Assembly (NCBI GenBank): GCA_965213575.1
Contig: CBDBZN010000037.1
Location: forward strand, 67,835 to 131,834
Reading direction: 5' to 3'
DNA length: 64,000 nt
Origin: Chitinophagales bacterium
GTDB lineage: Bacteria > Bacteroidota > Bacteroidia > Chitinophagales > JAUHXS01
Below, piece by piece: positions 9,060 through 18,360 of the stretch. Each line of letters begins with the position of its first letter. The first letter of the stretch is position 1. Under the pieces are notes generated by a model, which was not told the DNA's origin, searched no databases, and saw nothing but the letters and a program-made list of their open reading frames with translations. The position numbers and the translations under genes were made by a program.

Positions 9060-9173
9060 ATGAATAAATATTTTAGAGGAATGTGGTTATTTACCATTAT
9101 TATATTTTCTAATATTATTGCACAAAATTTAGTCCTAAATGGAGGATTTGAAAACCGGTATTGTTGCCCCTGA
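9060..9173 (+). pseudogene. Truncated 5' fragment (37 codons) of a module-cargo gene
   Basis: MNKYFRGMWLFTIIIFSNIIAQNLVLNGGFENRYCCP* is a signal peptide plus the family N-terminal motif (NLVPNFSFE..CP). It stops 12 nt before the next barrel gene. Confidence 0.6.
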
Positions 9174-9184
9174 AGGTTTTAACC

Positions 9185-9778
9185 ATGAAAAGTATAAAAA
9201 CAATACCTGTTATATTATTATTGGGACTATTGTTAAAGAATTGCTATGCTCAAGATGATACAATTAAAACTAAAAATTGGTCTTTAGGTGTGAACTATAC
9301 AAATATTATATCCATATTTAAAAGCCCTCATTATGGATATGTACACCAATTTAACACGCTACTAAAATGTAATAAGGTATCTTTAGTTTTAGGCTTAGAA
9401 TATCAGCAACAGGGAATTTTTGGAAAACATTTGGGAATAAGATATCAGATATATTCGACAGAAATGAAAAAATACAAAATAGAAATTTATAATACTGTCA
9501 GAAATTTTAATTATAGAATTGGAGCAGGTCCACCTATAGGTATTTTGCCTACTAAGAACGATCATTACGATCCATATGTATACGAAGTACAAACATGGGT
9601 AATTGATGTTGGTGGTATCTATTCATATAGAATATTAAAAAGTTTATTTATAGAGCTTTCTGTAGGAGTTACATATTCTAATAAGTACTTAACCTCTGAT
9701 ATTTACAATATTAAAACTTACACAAAACAGTATTATTTAAGCTCCAAAATGGGATTAACTTATAGTTTTAAATTATGA
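9185..9778 (+). CDS. Small signal-peptide protein, predicted outer-membrane beta-barrel (module 3b partner)
   Basis: The ORF-track frame begins at 9161. The ATG at 9185 gives MKSIKTIPVILLLGLLLKNCYAQ. Ends ...MGLTYSFKL. The stop overlaps the next start (ATGA). Confidence 0.6.
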   Translation: MKSIKTIPVILLLGLLLKNCYAQDDTIKTKNWSLGVNYTNIISIFKSPHYGYVHQFNTLLKCNKVSLVLGLEYQQQGIFGKHLGIRYQIYSTEMKKYKIEIYNTVRNFNYRIGAGPPIGILPTKNDHYDPYVYEVQTWVIDVGGIYSYRILKSLFIELSVGVTYSNKYLTSDIYNIKTYTKQYYLSSKMGLTYSFKL

Positions 9779-10041
9779 TTAAAAATTTTACATTATTATT
9801 TATTTTGATTTTTAGTAATGGATTTACTGAAAATTTGGTGCCGAATTCTAGCTTTGAAGAAAGATTTTGTTGTCCAATAGGTTACAATTCTTCATCAGAT
9901 ACAATAGACTGTTTAAATAATTGGCAAATTCCAAAAAGCAAACTTATTAATTGTGCAGGACCTGGCACATCTGATATTTTAACATATGCAATTGAGCAGG
10001 AAGAGAAGATTAGGGAGTTGGAACGACAATTTAGCAAATAA
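9775..10041 (+). pseudogene. Chimeric remnant: cargo-gene 5' end fused in frame to the last ~20 codons of the orphan fibre C-terminal module
   Basis: MIKNFTLLFILIFSNGFTENLVPNSSFEERFCCPIG... is the family N-terminus. It joins at about 9979 to [20 protein letters not shown], whose DNA aligns to ttaactttatacacaattgaacaagaggagaagattagggagttggaa at 8390..8436. Confidence 0.6.
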
Positions 10042-10062
10042 CCTATTGGCTTAAAACTATAT

Positions 10063-10605
10063 ATGAAAAAGTATATGCTGTTATTTTATTTTCTAATATT
10101 ATTTAGTTTCGGATTTGCACAGGAACGACTACATAAAGTGGTTTATGCTGAAGCATTAGGTTTTACATTTCTTTATTCACTAAATTTCGAATTCGATTTT
10201 AAAGATTCTTCAATGACCAATTTTGTATCCTATAGAACAGGATTATCATATTCCAACTTTAATTCTGATAAAATTGGTGTTTTAACTTATGGGGTGGCAT
10301 TACAATATAACATTTATTTAAAAAGACGTCTTTTTTTAGTAGCTTCAATATTACCAGTTTTACTATTAAACACTAGTAAAAATTTTATTCCTATTAATGG
10401 AAATAGTAACACAAATTCCTACTATCCAAGAGGATATATTGACACAGAGGTATCCTTGAAGTGGTGTCCAACAGAAGAGCAGAGAGTTTTTATAAAAGCG
10501 TGTTTGGGTTTCCAAATTTTTGATTATAGCTACAACTCTGAATTTAAAATGATTGAGTCTAACTTTCAACCATATTTAGGAATTGGAATAGGATATGGTT
10601 TTTAA
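10063..10605 (+). CDS. Small outer-membrane beta-barrel-like protein (family 2)
   Basis: 180 aa. Signal peptide ...FSFGFAQ. C-terminus YLGIGIGYGF ends in a terminal aromatic, typical of OM barrels. 61 nt at the 5' end are identical to 11352..11412. Confidence 0.6.
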   Translation: MKKYMLLFYFLILFSFGFAQERLHKVVYAEALGFTFLYSLNFEFDFKDSSMTNFVSYRTGLSYSNFNSDKIGVLTYGVALQYNIYLKRRLFLVASILPVLLLNTSKNFIPINGNSNTNSYYPRGYIDTEVSLKWCPTEEQRVFIKACLGFQIFDYSYNSEFKMIESNFQPYLGIGIGYGF

Positions 10606-10738
10606 AAATAGAATATGAGAATTATAATTATCCTTTTAGAATCTTTAAAGCTTTTTGCCAAGTAAACTTAGTTAACATATATTGAAAGTTTACAAAAAGT
10701 TTCTATAATAACATCTGAAAGAATTGAAAATATATATT

Positions 10739-11236
10739 ATGTGTTTTAAAATAAATTATTACTTAACAATATTAATTTTTCAGTTTTTATTTGCAATCTC
10801 TTTGCAAGCTCAAGATACTCCTGCTTTTAAGTATCTAATTGGTGGGCAGGGCGAGTTTGAATATATAAATGCTAATAAAGTTGACATTAGATACTTATCG
10901 TTATCGATAGCACCTCAATTTGGATATTTTATTACCAAAAGTATTGTTGGTGGAGCGAGTATAAATTATAGCTACCTAAAAGGAGATGATGTTGAGTCTT
11001 CTAATTTCGGTACTAAGTTTTTTTCAAGATACTATGTGCATTCGGTTAACATATTTGCTGAGGCAAACTACGGAATAGATTTTATGCCGGTAAACCACAG
11101 TATTGGTTTAGGATTGGGCTATATAATATATTTGACAAATAATTTAACAATTGAGCCTATGTTAAATTATAATATAGATAAATATATTCATAAAGTTAAT
11201 TTTTCCATAGGCGTGCAAGGGTATATAATTAGATGA
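10739..11236 (+). CDS. Small outer-membrane beta-barrel-like protein (family 3)
   Basis: The ORF-track frame starts at TTG 10724. The ATG at 10739 gives MCFKINYYLTILIFQFLFAISLQAQD. Alternating strand pattern, ending ...FSIGVQGYIIR. Confidence 0.55.
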   Translation: MCFKINYYLTILIFQFLFAISLQAQDTPAFKYLIGGQGEFEYINANKVDIRYLSLSIAPQFGYFITKSIVGGASINYSYLKGDDVESSNFGTKFFSRYYVHSVNIFAEANYGIDFMPVNHSIGLGLGYIIYLTNNLTIEPMLNYNIDKYIHKVNFSIGVQGYIIR

Positions 11237-11292
11237 TTTAGTATTCTATCAAGGCGTGCGTAGTTTTATTTAAAAATAAATAATTGCCAACT

Positions 11293-11847
11293 ATGAAAAT
11301 TCTTTTACAGACATATGTCATTATTCTATTATTTAATTTTCTAATATTATCTAGTTTCGGATTTGCACAGGAACGACTACATAAAGTGGTTTATGCTGAA
11401 GCATTAGGTTTTGCATCTCCATTTTCAGTAAATTTTGAATTCGATTTTGCTGATTCAGCCATACATAATTTTTTTTCTTATCGTTTAGGAATCAGCTATC
11501 CATATATAGTATTTAAAAACAGAAACTATGTAAATATTGGAGCAAGTATCGGATACAATTGGATGTTATCTCAACAGGCTTTCATTGAAACTTCCATAAT
11601 AAAGGAAGTTAAATTTTGTATTGGTAAAGAAAGTATTCCCTCTTCAGTTATGAGGGAATCTTTCTACCCGAGAGGAAGTTCCATCTTAAGTCTTGCTTTA
11701 AAATCTTCTTTAAAGAAACATCCTCGAATATATATAAAACCCAGTGTCATAGTAAGAATATTAAGTTTTGGATTTAATTCAGATTATAGGTGGTTTGATT
11801 CTGAAATCACACCTTACGTAGGTATAGCAGGAGGGATAAAGTTTTAA
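11293..11847 (+). CDS. Small outer-membrane beta-barrel-like protein (family 2 paralog)
   Basis: The ATG at 11293 gives MKILLQTYVIILLFNFLILSSFGFAQERLHKVVYAEALGF. Ends YVGIAGGIKF. The TTG at 11284 is the ORF-track start. Confidence 0.6.
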   Translation: MKILLQTYVIILLFNFLILSSFGFAQERLHKVVYAEALGFASPFSVNFEFDFADSAIHNFFSYRLGISYPYIVFKNRNYVNIGASIGYNWMLSQQAFIETSIIKEVKFCIGKESIPSSVMRESFYPRGSSILSLALKSSLKKHPRIYIKPSVIVRILSFGFNSDYRWFDSEITPYVGIAGGIKF

Positions 11848-11865
11848 ATAAATATTGATAGGCTA

Positions 11866-11898
11866 AATATAGGGTTGCAAGGGTATATAATCCGATAG
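11866..11898 (+). pseudogene. 3'-terminal remnant (~10 codons + stop) of a deleted paralog of the 10739..11236 gene
   Basis: aatatagggttgcaagggtatataatccgatag (NIGLQGYIIR*) aligns with ataggcgtgcaagggtatataattagatga (IGVQGYIIR*) at 11207..11236. Confidence 0.5.
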
Positions 11899-12083
11899 TT
11901 TAATCCTTGTGTTATCAGCCAAGGGTACTAGAAATATTAGCAATATCTAATCAATAAATATTATACAAGGTACGTGAATATCACATTTTTTAAAGCTGTA
12001 CTATAACTTTATGGGCTTAGAGAGGCTATAAGTTCATTTAAATTTCATCTTTTTATCTATATAAATGTTTATAACATTTTTAG

Positions 12084-12091
12084 TACTTTTG
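12084..12091 (+). promoter_or_regulatory. -7 promoter box TActTTTG for the solute-binding protein gene
   Basis: Exact TAnnTTTG, 40 nt upstream of the ATG at 12131 and inside the ORF-track extension (12065). Confidence 0.45.
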
Positions 12092-12130
12092 TACGTTAAG
12101 CCAATCTTGGTAAGAAACAACACAGTCACT

Positions 12131-13889
12131 ATGAGTAAAGGCAATTTACTACGCACAGCTATATTTTCTTTTATAGTATTTCTTTTATTTTCCTGTGGCA
12201 ATGATAAAAGAAATCCTCTCGATAAATTAGAACCGGTAGATGGAGGTGTTTTTTATGGTGGGACTTTTAGGTATAATGAGGTAGAGTATTTTAGAAGTTT
12301 ATATCCTCATAGTATCAATGAAGCTATCGGCCTTAGGATAGGTAATCAAGTATATGAAGGATTGACTAGGTTATCTCAAAGAGACCTTTCTGTTAAGCCG
12401 TGCTTGGCTCAAGAATGGACGATAGATAGTACTTTTACAGTTTATACTTTTAAAATTCGAAAAGGTGTATATTTTCATAATGATAAATGCTTTAAAGATG
12501 GTAAAGGGCGCCAACTTACCGCTCATGATTTCAAATATTGTTTTGATCAACTATGTTCTGCAAATTCTAACAACAAAGGGTTTTATTTATTTGAAGATAA
12601 AGTAGTAGGAGCAACCAAATACTATAATGCTTCCTTAACAGGGGAGGCTCTACCTAACGGAGTGGAAGGCATTCAGGTAATAGATGACTATACTTTAGAG
12701 ATAAGATTGGAACATCCTTTTCCTGCTTTCCCCGCTCAGCTTTCTATGCAATTTACATGGGTATTTCCTCAAGAAGCGGTAAAAGCTTATGGTAATGACA
12801 TGCGAACATTAGCAATTGGAACAGGCCCTTTTAAATTAAAAGAACTGCGAGAAGACGAGGCTGTGGTAATGATGCGCAATGAAAATTACTGGGACAAAGA
12901 TCAATATGGAAATCAATTGCCGTATTTGAGTGCTATTAAAGTATCTTTTTTCAAAGAGCAAAAAACTGAGCTATTGGAATTCAAAAAAGGTAATTTAGAT
13001 ATGGTCTATCGTATTCCATTGGAGATGTATGATGAGATTATAACCAAAGAGGGGGAACTTGCTCCCAGTTATAATGATTATCAGCTTCAAACTACTCCTA
13101 GTCTTAATATGCAATACTATGGCTTTATGAACCAAAAAGAACCATTTAATAATGTAAAAGTACGACAAGCGTTTAATTATGCTATAGACAAACAAAAAAT
13201 TGTTAATTATACGCTAAAAGGAATGGGAATCGCTGCACTATACGGCACTGTCCCACCGGCCCTTGTGGGGTATAATGCAAAATCTATAAAAGGTTATTCT
13301 TATGATCCTGATAAGGCAAAGCAACTGTTAGCAGAAGCTGGATATCCTAATGGTGAAAATTTTCCGGAGATCAATCTTCAGATAAATAGTGGCGGTGGTA
13401 GAAATATGCAAGTTGCTGAAGCAATTCAACGCATGTTAGAGGAAACCTTAAATATAAACGTGAGCTTATCAGTATTGCCCTTTCCTCAACATTTAGAAAA
13501 TATAGATAAAGGAAAAGCTTTATTTTGGCGTTCAGGTTGGGTAGCTGATTATCCGGATCCGGAAGCATTTTTTGTGCTTATTCCAAGGAAATTATGTGCC
13601 GGATGATATTAATGAACCAACTTATCTCAATACATTCAGATATAAAAACAAACAGTATGATGATTTATTGAACAGTGCACTAAAAACATTGTCTTTCGAT
13701 GAGCGAAATCAAAAATATGCAGCGGCAGATCAATATGTAATCAATGATGCGCCTATTATGCCAATATTTTACGAAAAGTCTTTTCGATTATTGCAGCCTT
13801 ACGTGAATAACTTTTATCAGAATCCGATGGAATATAGATCTTTTAGAGCAGTTAATTTTAATAAAAATACTAATAAAATAAATTCTTGA
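12131..13889 (+). pseudogene. ABC-transporter family-5 (peptide/nickel type) solute-binding lipoprotein, split by a frameshift at a T6 run
   Basis: MSKGNLLRTAIFSFIVFLLFSCGND is a lipobox. The body is typical of SBP_bac_5 (…WRSGWVADYPDPEAFF). The frame changes by +1 at tttttt 13568..13573 and continues as ...YVPDDINEPTYLNTFRYKNKQYDDLLNSAL... to 13889 (ORFs 12065..13606 and 13572..13889). Confidence 0.75.
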
Positions 13890-14082
13890 TCGGTATTAGT
13901 TTATACCAACGATTAGATTTTAATAGATCGGAAAGATCAATACAATTAGCCAGATTCTCAAAGTTTAATGTTTCAATTCGTTTATTGTCTTAATGTGCTT
14001 AACTTTAAGATAACTACTCAAGGCTTTTGCGCACTAAAAAGCTGTATTTTTAGTTATAATATATAAGCCTTAAATATTCATA

Positions 14083-17000
14083 GTGAAACAATCTGAAAAT
14101 AGCTATAATCAGTTAATCCAAAATTTAGATGGCTTTATTAGAAGGTTCTATTTGAATCAACTGGTAAAGGGCTTTTTATATCTTTTGGGCCTCACTTTAA
14201 GCTTATTTATTTTAATTACTACCTTAGAATATTTCCTATACTTTAATACAATTATTAGGAAACTACTGTTTTGGGGCTATTTAGCTGTTTCAGGTGCAGT
14301 GCTTTTTTACTGGATAATCAATCCTTTGTTAAAGTATTATCGATTGGGAAAGGTAATATCTAGAAATCAAGCGGCAATTGTAGTTGGACAGCATTTTCAG
14401 GATGTTAAAGATAAAATGCTGAACATTCTGCAACTGAAAGAAAGTAGCTATAGTCAAGCTCAAAATGATTTGCTAATAGCGAGTATAGAACAAAAAGCCA
14501 CTGAGATCAAACATATTAATTTTGTTTCAGCTATTAATATTCAAAAAAACAACAAGAAATATTTAAAATATGCATTACTACCCATTCTGATAATTTTATT
14601 GATTTTCATTACTATTCCTGATGTTATCAAAATAAGTACAGGCCGCATTGTACAAAATGATAAATCTTTTGCCAAAGAAGCTCCTTTTCAATTTTATTTA
14701 ATATCTGACAAACCGGCTATACAGCATGAAGATTATCTTATTGAAGTAGAAACAAAGGGCAATCTTTTGCCTAATCAACTAGACCTTGTTATTGGCCGAC
14801 AAACTCATACGCTAAACCGATCAGCTAACAATACATTTACCCATAAAATAAATAATGTACAGGAAGAGGTAGATTTTTATTTTAAAGCAGGGGAATATCG
14901 TTCAGCATCTTATCATCTGGAGGTGCTTAAAAAGCCAACTATTTTAAGTTTTGAAATAGCCCTTAAATATCCGGCTTATACAAAAAAGAATAACGAGAAA
15001 ATCAATTCAGGAGGAGATCTATATGTCCCTGCCGGCACTCAGGCAATTTGGACTTTTAAAGGAAAGGCAATAAAAGATATATTGATAGCTTTTAACAACT
15101 CAAGCCCGCTTGTTCTTAATAAAAAAGATGCTCAAACATTTTATTTTGAAAAACAACTTTTAGAAGCTGAAACATATACCGTATCTACTAATGGCATTGA
15201 GGTTGATAAAGGCGATTCGATTACCTACAACATTCAAGTGGTCCCTGATCTATATCCTACTATTCAAGTCGTGCCTACACTTGATTCGAATGACATGAAT
15301 TACTTATATTTTATTGGAGAAGCAGCTGATGATTATGGTATTAAAAGACTAGTATATAAATATCAAGTAATTCCGGATGGCGAAACACAGGCTATAAATA
15401 ATTATAACACGCTTCCAATTACTTATCAAGGCAGTCAAACACTGGTTTCGTTTTCTCACTACCAAAATTTATCTGCTCTTAATTTGCAACCCGGTGATAA
15501 AGTAAATTACTATTTTGAAGTATGGGATAATGATGGCGTGCACGGTAGTAAAAGTACTCGATCATCTTTGATGACATTTAAATTACCGAATAAAAATGAA
15601 TTGGAAAAGAAAACAAATGAAAACAATGAGCAACTTAAAACTGATGTAAGTAATTCTGTAGAACAGGCTCAAGACTTACAAGAGGAAGTCAGGCAGATTC
15701 AAGAACAGCTTCTGCAAAAGAAAAAGCTTGATTGGCAGGATAAAAAGAAGATTGAGCAGGTTTTGGAAAAACAAAAAAACTTACAGAATACAGTAGAGTC
15801 TATTAAAGAAAATTTTAATCAAAACTTGTCACAGCAGAAAAAGTTTAAACAGCTTGATGAAGACATACTTAAAAAATATGAAAGCTTGCAAAAACTATTA
15901 GAAGAAACAGTTACAGATGAAATGAAAGAACTCATGAAGCAATTATCTGAGCTTTTAGAAAAAATGGAAAATGAGCAAGCCATAGAAAACTTGGAAGAGT
16001 TTGAAGAAAGTAATGAAGAATTGGAAGAAAACCTAGACCAAATGTTAGCACTCTTCCAAAAGCTTGAATTTGAACAAAAGCTTCAAGAAACAATTGATGA
16101 ATTAGATCAATTAGCAAAAGAACAAGAACAATTATCAGAGGAAACATTAGATCCGAATAATAATAGCGAAGACTTAAAGCAAAAACAAGAAAAGCTCAAT
16201 GAGCAATTTGAAGATACTAAAGAAAAATTAGCCGATTTGCAAGAAATGCAGAAAAATATGGAAGAGAAAAGTGGGAAAAAAAGCGATGAACAAATAGAAG
16301 ATGTACAACCCCAAGCAAACGATATTAGTAAACAGATGCAAAACAGTAAAGAAAGTTTGGAAAATAATCAGTCGAAAAAAGCAAGTGAACAGCAAAAAAA
16401 CTCATCTGAAAAATTGGGAGACCTATCAGAGCAATTAAGTACTATGCAAGCAAGTATGAAATCATCAGAAGTCGAATTGAATTTAAGGGCTACTAGGCAA
16501 ATATTAGAAAATCTTATTCAACTTTCTTTTGACCAAGAGGATATCATTGAGCGAACAAAAACCGTTAAAAATAAAGATCCTCAATATGTTCAATTAATAC
16601 AAGATCAATATAAATTAAAAGATGAAACTAAAATCGTGAAGGATAGCTTACAAGCGCTTGCTAAAAGAGTTTTCCAAATAGAATCTTTTATTACCAAAGA
16701 GGTTAATAAGCTTACTCAGGAAGTCGATCAAAGTATCGATTATATGGAAGCTAGAAATACGAGGCAGGCATCCGTCCGGCAACAGTTAGCTATGACTTCT
16801 ATGAATAACTTGGCCTTAATGTTGAGCGAAATTATGGAACAGATGCAACAGCAGATGGCAAGTCAGATGAAGGGCGATCAAATGTGTCAAAATCCCGGAG
16901 GCAAAAAGTCAGGAAAGCAAGGGAAAAACGGACAATTACCTGATATAGGCGACATGCAAAAATCTTTAAACCAACAGCTCGAAAGTTTAAAAAAGATGAT

Positions 17001-17457
17001 GAAAGAAGGAAAGCAACCGGGCGGTCAAGGATTAAGTAGAGAGTTTGCAAAAATGGCTCAACAACAGGCACAAATAAGGCAAGCTCTTGAGCAGTTTAAT
17101 AAAGAGCAAAATAAAGATGGCGCTAAAAGCTATGGAGATATTGATAAAATGCTAAAGAATATGGATAAAACGGAAGAAGATTTGGTGAACAAAAGATTAA
17201 CTGAAGAACTTTTATCAAGGCAAGAAGATATTATGACTCGATTATTGGAAGCAGAAACCGCTGAACGGGAAAGGGAATTAGATAATAAACGAACTTCTAA
17301 CACAGCTGAAGAAATAGATAAAAAAATACCTCCTCAATTGGAAGAATATTTAAAAAAACGACAAGCAGAAACAGATCTTTTGAAAACTTTACCCCCAAAT
17401 TTGAAACCTTATTACAGAAATCTAGTAGAAGGATATTTTAAAGAAATTAGTTTTTAA
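14083..17457 (+). CDS. Large membrane protein with N-terminal TM helices and a long E/K/Q-rich coiled-coil C-terminal half (possibly the DUF4175 family)
   Basis: 1124 aa with a GTG start. Two or three hydrophobic helices lie in the first 190 aa. About 500 aa are E/K/Q-rich (…EELEENLDQMLALFQKLEFEQKLQETIDELDQLAKEQEQL…). The family name is from memory only. Confidence 0.7.
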   Translation: MKQSENSYNQLIQNLDGFIRRFYLNQLVKGFLYLLGLTLSLFILITTLEYFLYFNTIIRKLLFWGYLAVSGAVLFYWIINPLLKYYRLGKVISRNQAAIVVGQHFQDVKDKMLNILQLKESSYSQAQNDLLIASIEQKATEIKHINFVSAINIQKNNKKYLKYALLPILIILLIFITIPDVIKISTGRIVQNDKSFAKEAPFQFYLISDKPAIQHEDYLIEVETKGNLLPNQLDLVIGRQTHTLNRSANNTFTHKINNVQEEVDFYFKAGEYRSASYHLEVLKKPTILSFEIALKYPAYTKKNNEKINSGGDLYVPAGTQAIWTFKGKAIKDILIAFNNSSPLVLNKKDAQTFYFEKQLLEAETYTVSTNGIEVDKGDSITYNIQVVPDLYPTIQVVPTLDSNDMNYLYFIGEAADDYGIKRLVYKYQVIPDGETQAINNYNTLPITYQGSQTLVSFSHYQNLSALNLQPGDKVNYYFEVWDNDGVHGSKSTRSSLMTFKLPNKNELEKKTNENNEQLKTDVSNSVEQAQDLQEEVRQIQEQLLQKKKLDWQDKKKIEQVLEKQKNLQNTVESIKENFNQNLSQQKKFKQLDEDILKKYESLQKLLEETVTDEMKELMKQLSELLEKMENEQAIENLEEFEESNEELEENLDQMLALFQKLEFEQKLQETIDELDQLAKEQEQLSEETLDPNNNSEDLKQKQEKLNEQFEDTKEKLADLQEMQKNMEEKSGKKSDEQIEDVQPQANDISKQMQNSKESLENNQSKKASEQQKNSSEKLGDLSEQLSTMQASMKSSEVELNLRATRQILENLIQLSFDQEDIIERTKTVKNKDPQYVQLIQDQYKLKDETKIVKDSLQALAKRVFQIESFITKEVNKLTQEVDQSIDYMEARNTRQASVRQQLAMTSMNNLALMLSEIMEQMQQQMASQMKGDQMCQNPGGKKSGKQGKNGQLPDIGDMQKSLNQQLESLKKMMKEGKQPGGQGLSREFAKMAQQQAQIRQALEQFNKEQNKDGAKSYGDIDKMLKNMDKTEEDLVNKRLTEELLSRQEDIMTRLLEAETAERERELDNKRTSNTAEEIDKKIPPQLEEYLKKRQAETDLLKTLPPNLKPYYRNLVEGYFKEISF

Positions 17458-17473
17458 TTTATAACTTTTAAAC

Positions 17474-17884
17474 ATGACAACTGACACCCAAAAATATCAA
17501 CTCATATTTAGATCAGAGCCTAAAAATATACTTAAGATAGAAACGCTGATTGATGATTTAAGAAATGAACATAATATTTCTGCGGATGTATACGGGAATA
17601 TGTTAGTTGCTATGACGGAAGCGGTCAATAATGCTATATTTCATGGCAATAAATGCGATAAATCAAAAGAAGTAAAAATTGCATACGAAAAAGAAAAAAA
17701 TCGAATCACATTCTTTGTAGCAGATCAAGGTTCCGGCTTTGACTATAATAATTTGCCTGACCCAACTTCTGAAGAAAATCTTGAAAAGCCGAGTGGGAGA
17801 GGAGTTTTTTTAATGACTCAATTAGCAGACTTAGTTTCATTTTCTGATAAAGGAAGTACTGTAGAGCTCCAGTTTAAAATTTAA
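17474..17884 (+). CDS. RsbW/SpoIIAB-like anti-sigma regulatory factor (HATPase_c Ser kinase)
   Basis: 136 aa. N-box TEAVNNAIFHGN and G-box DQGSGFD...GRGVFLM. Lies 16 nt downstream of the preceding gene. Confidence 0.75.
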   Translation: MTTDTQKYQLIFRSEPKNILKIETLIDDLRNEHNISADVYGNMLVAMTEAVNNAIFHGNKCDKSKEVKIAYEKEKNRITFFVADQGSGFDYNNLPDPTSEENLEKPSGRGVFLMTQLADLVSFSDKGSTVELQFKI

Positions 17885-17908
17885 CCACTTTTTATTAGTA
17901 GTTAAGGC

Positions 17909-18340
17909 TTGAGCATTTCTTTTAACATCATATATCCGTCTTTCTCTCTTACGCAACGAACAAAGCTCAAAAACTGGCTTCAAGATACTGTTGAAACAGA
18001 AGGATTTATTCTAAAAAAAATTAATTATATTTTTTGCTCAGATGAATATCTTCTAAATATAAATCGTGCATATTTAGGCCACGATACTTATACAGACATT
18101 ATTACTTTTGATTTATCGGATAATCCAAAGCAAGTGGAAAGTGAAATTTACATTAGTATTGATAGAGTTAAAGAAAATGCAGATCAGTTTAATGCTACAT
18201 TTAATGAAGAACTTAAAAGAGTAATGGTTCATGGAATATTACATCTGATAGGTTTTGATGATAAAGAAGAGAATGATAAAAAATCAATGGTTGAAAAAGA
18301 AAATGAGTATCTACGAATTTATGATGATCTGTATCTCTAG
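17909..18340 (+). CDS. ybeY: rRNA maturation endoribonuclease YbeY
   Basis: Zinc motif HGILHLIGFDD, about 140 aa, TTG start in the ORF track. Confidence 0.85.
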   Translation: MSISFNIIYPSFSLTQRTKLKNWLQDTVETEGFILKKINYIFCSDEYLLNINRAYLGHDTYTDIITFDLSDNPKQVESEIYISIDRVKENADQFNATFNEELKRVMVHGILHLIGFDDKEENDKKSMVEKENEYLRIYDDLYL

Positions 18341-18360
18341 TACAAAAAAGCCATAGTAAG

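Noticed and set aside
8976-9173. 65-aa ORF bridging the end of the 8471..9052 gene and the next fragment.
   Set aside because: Its first 28 codons are an out-of-frame overlap of the barrel gene's 3' end. Only 9060..9173 (ATG, signal peptide, family motif) is meaningful.
15600-17300. Apparent repetitiveness at DNA level (gaa/aaa/caa-rich) in the 1124-aa gene.
   Set aside because: The bias is compositional, from an E/K/Q-rich coiled-coil coding region. I could find no defined repeat unit or register.
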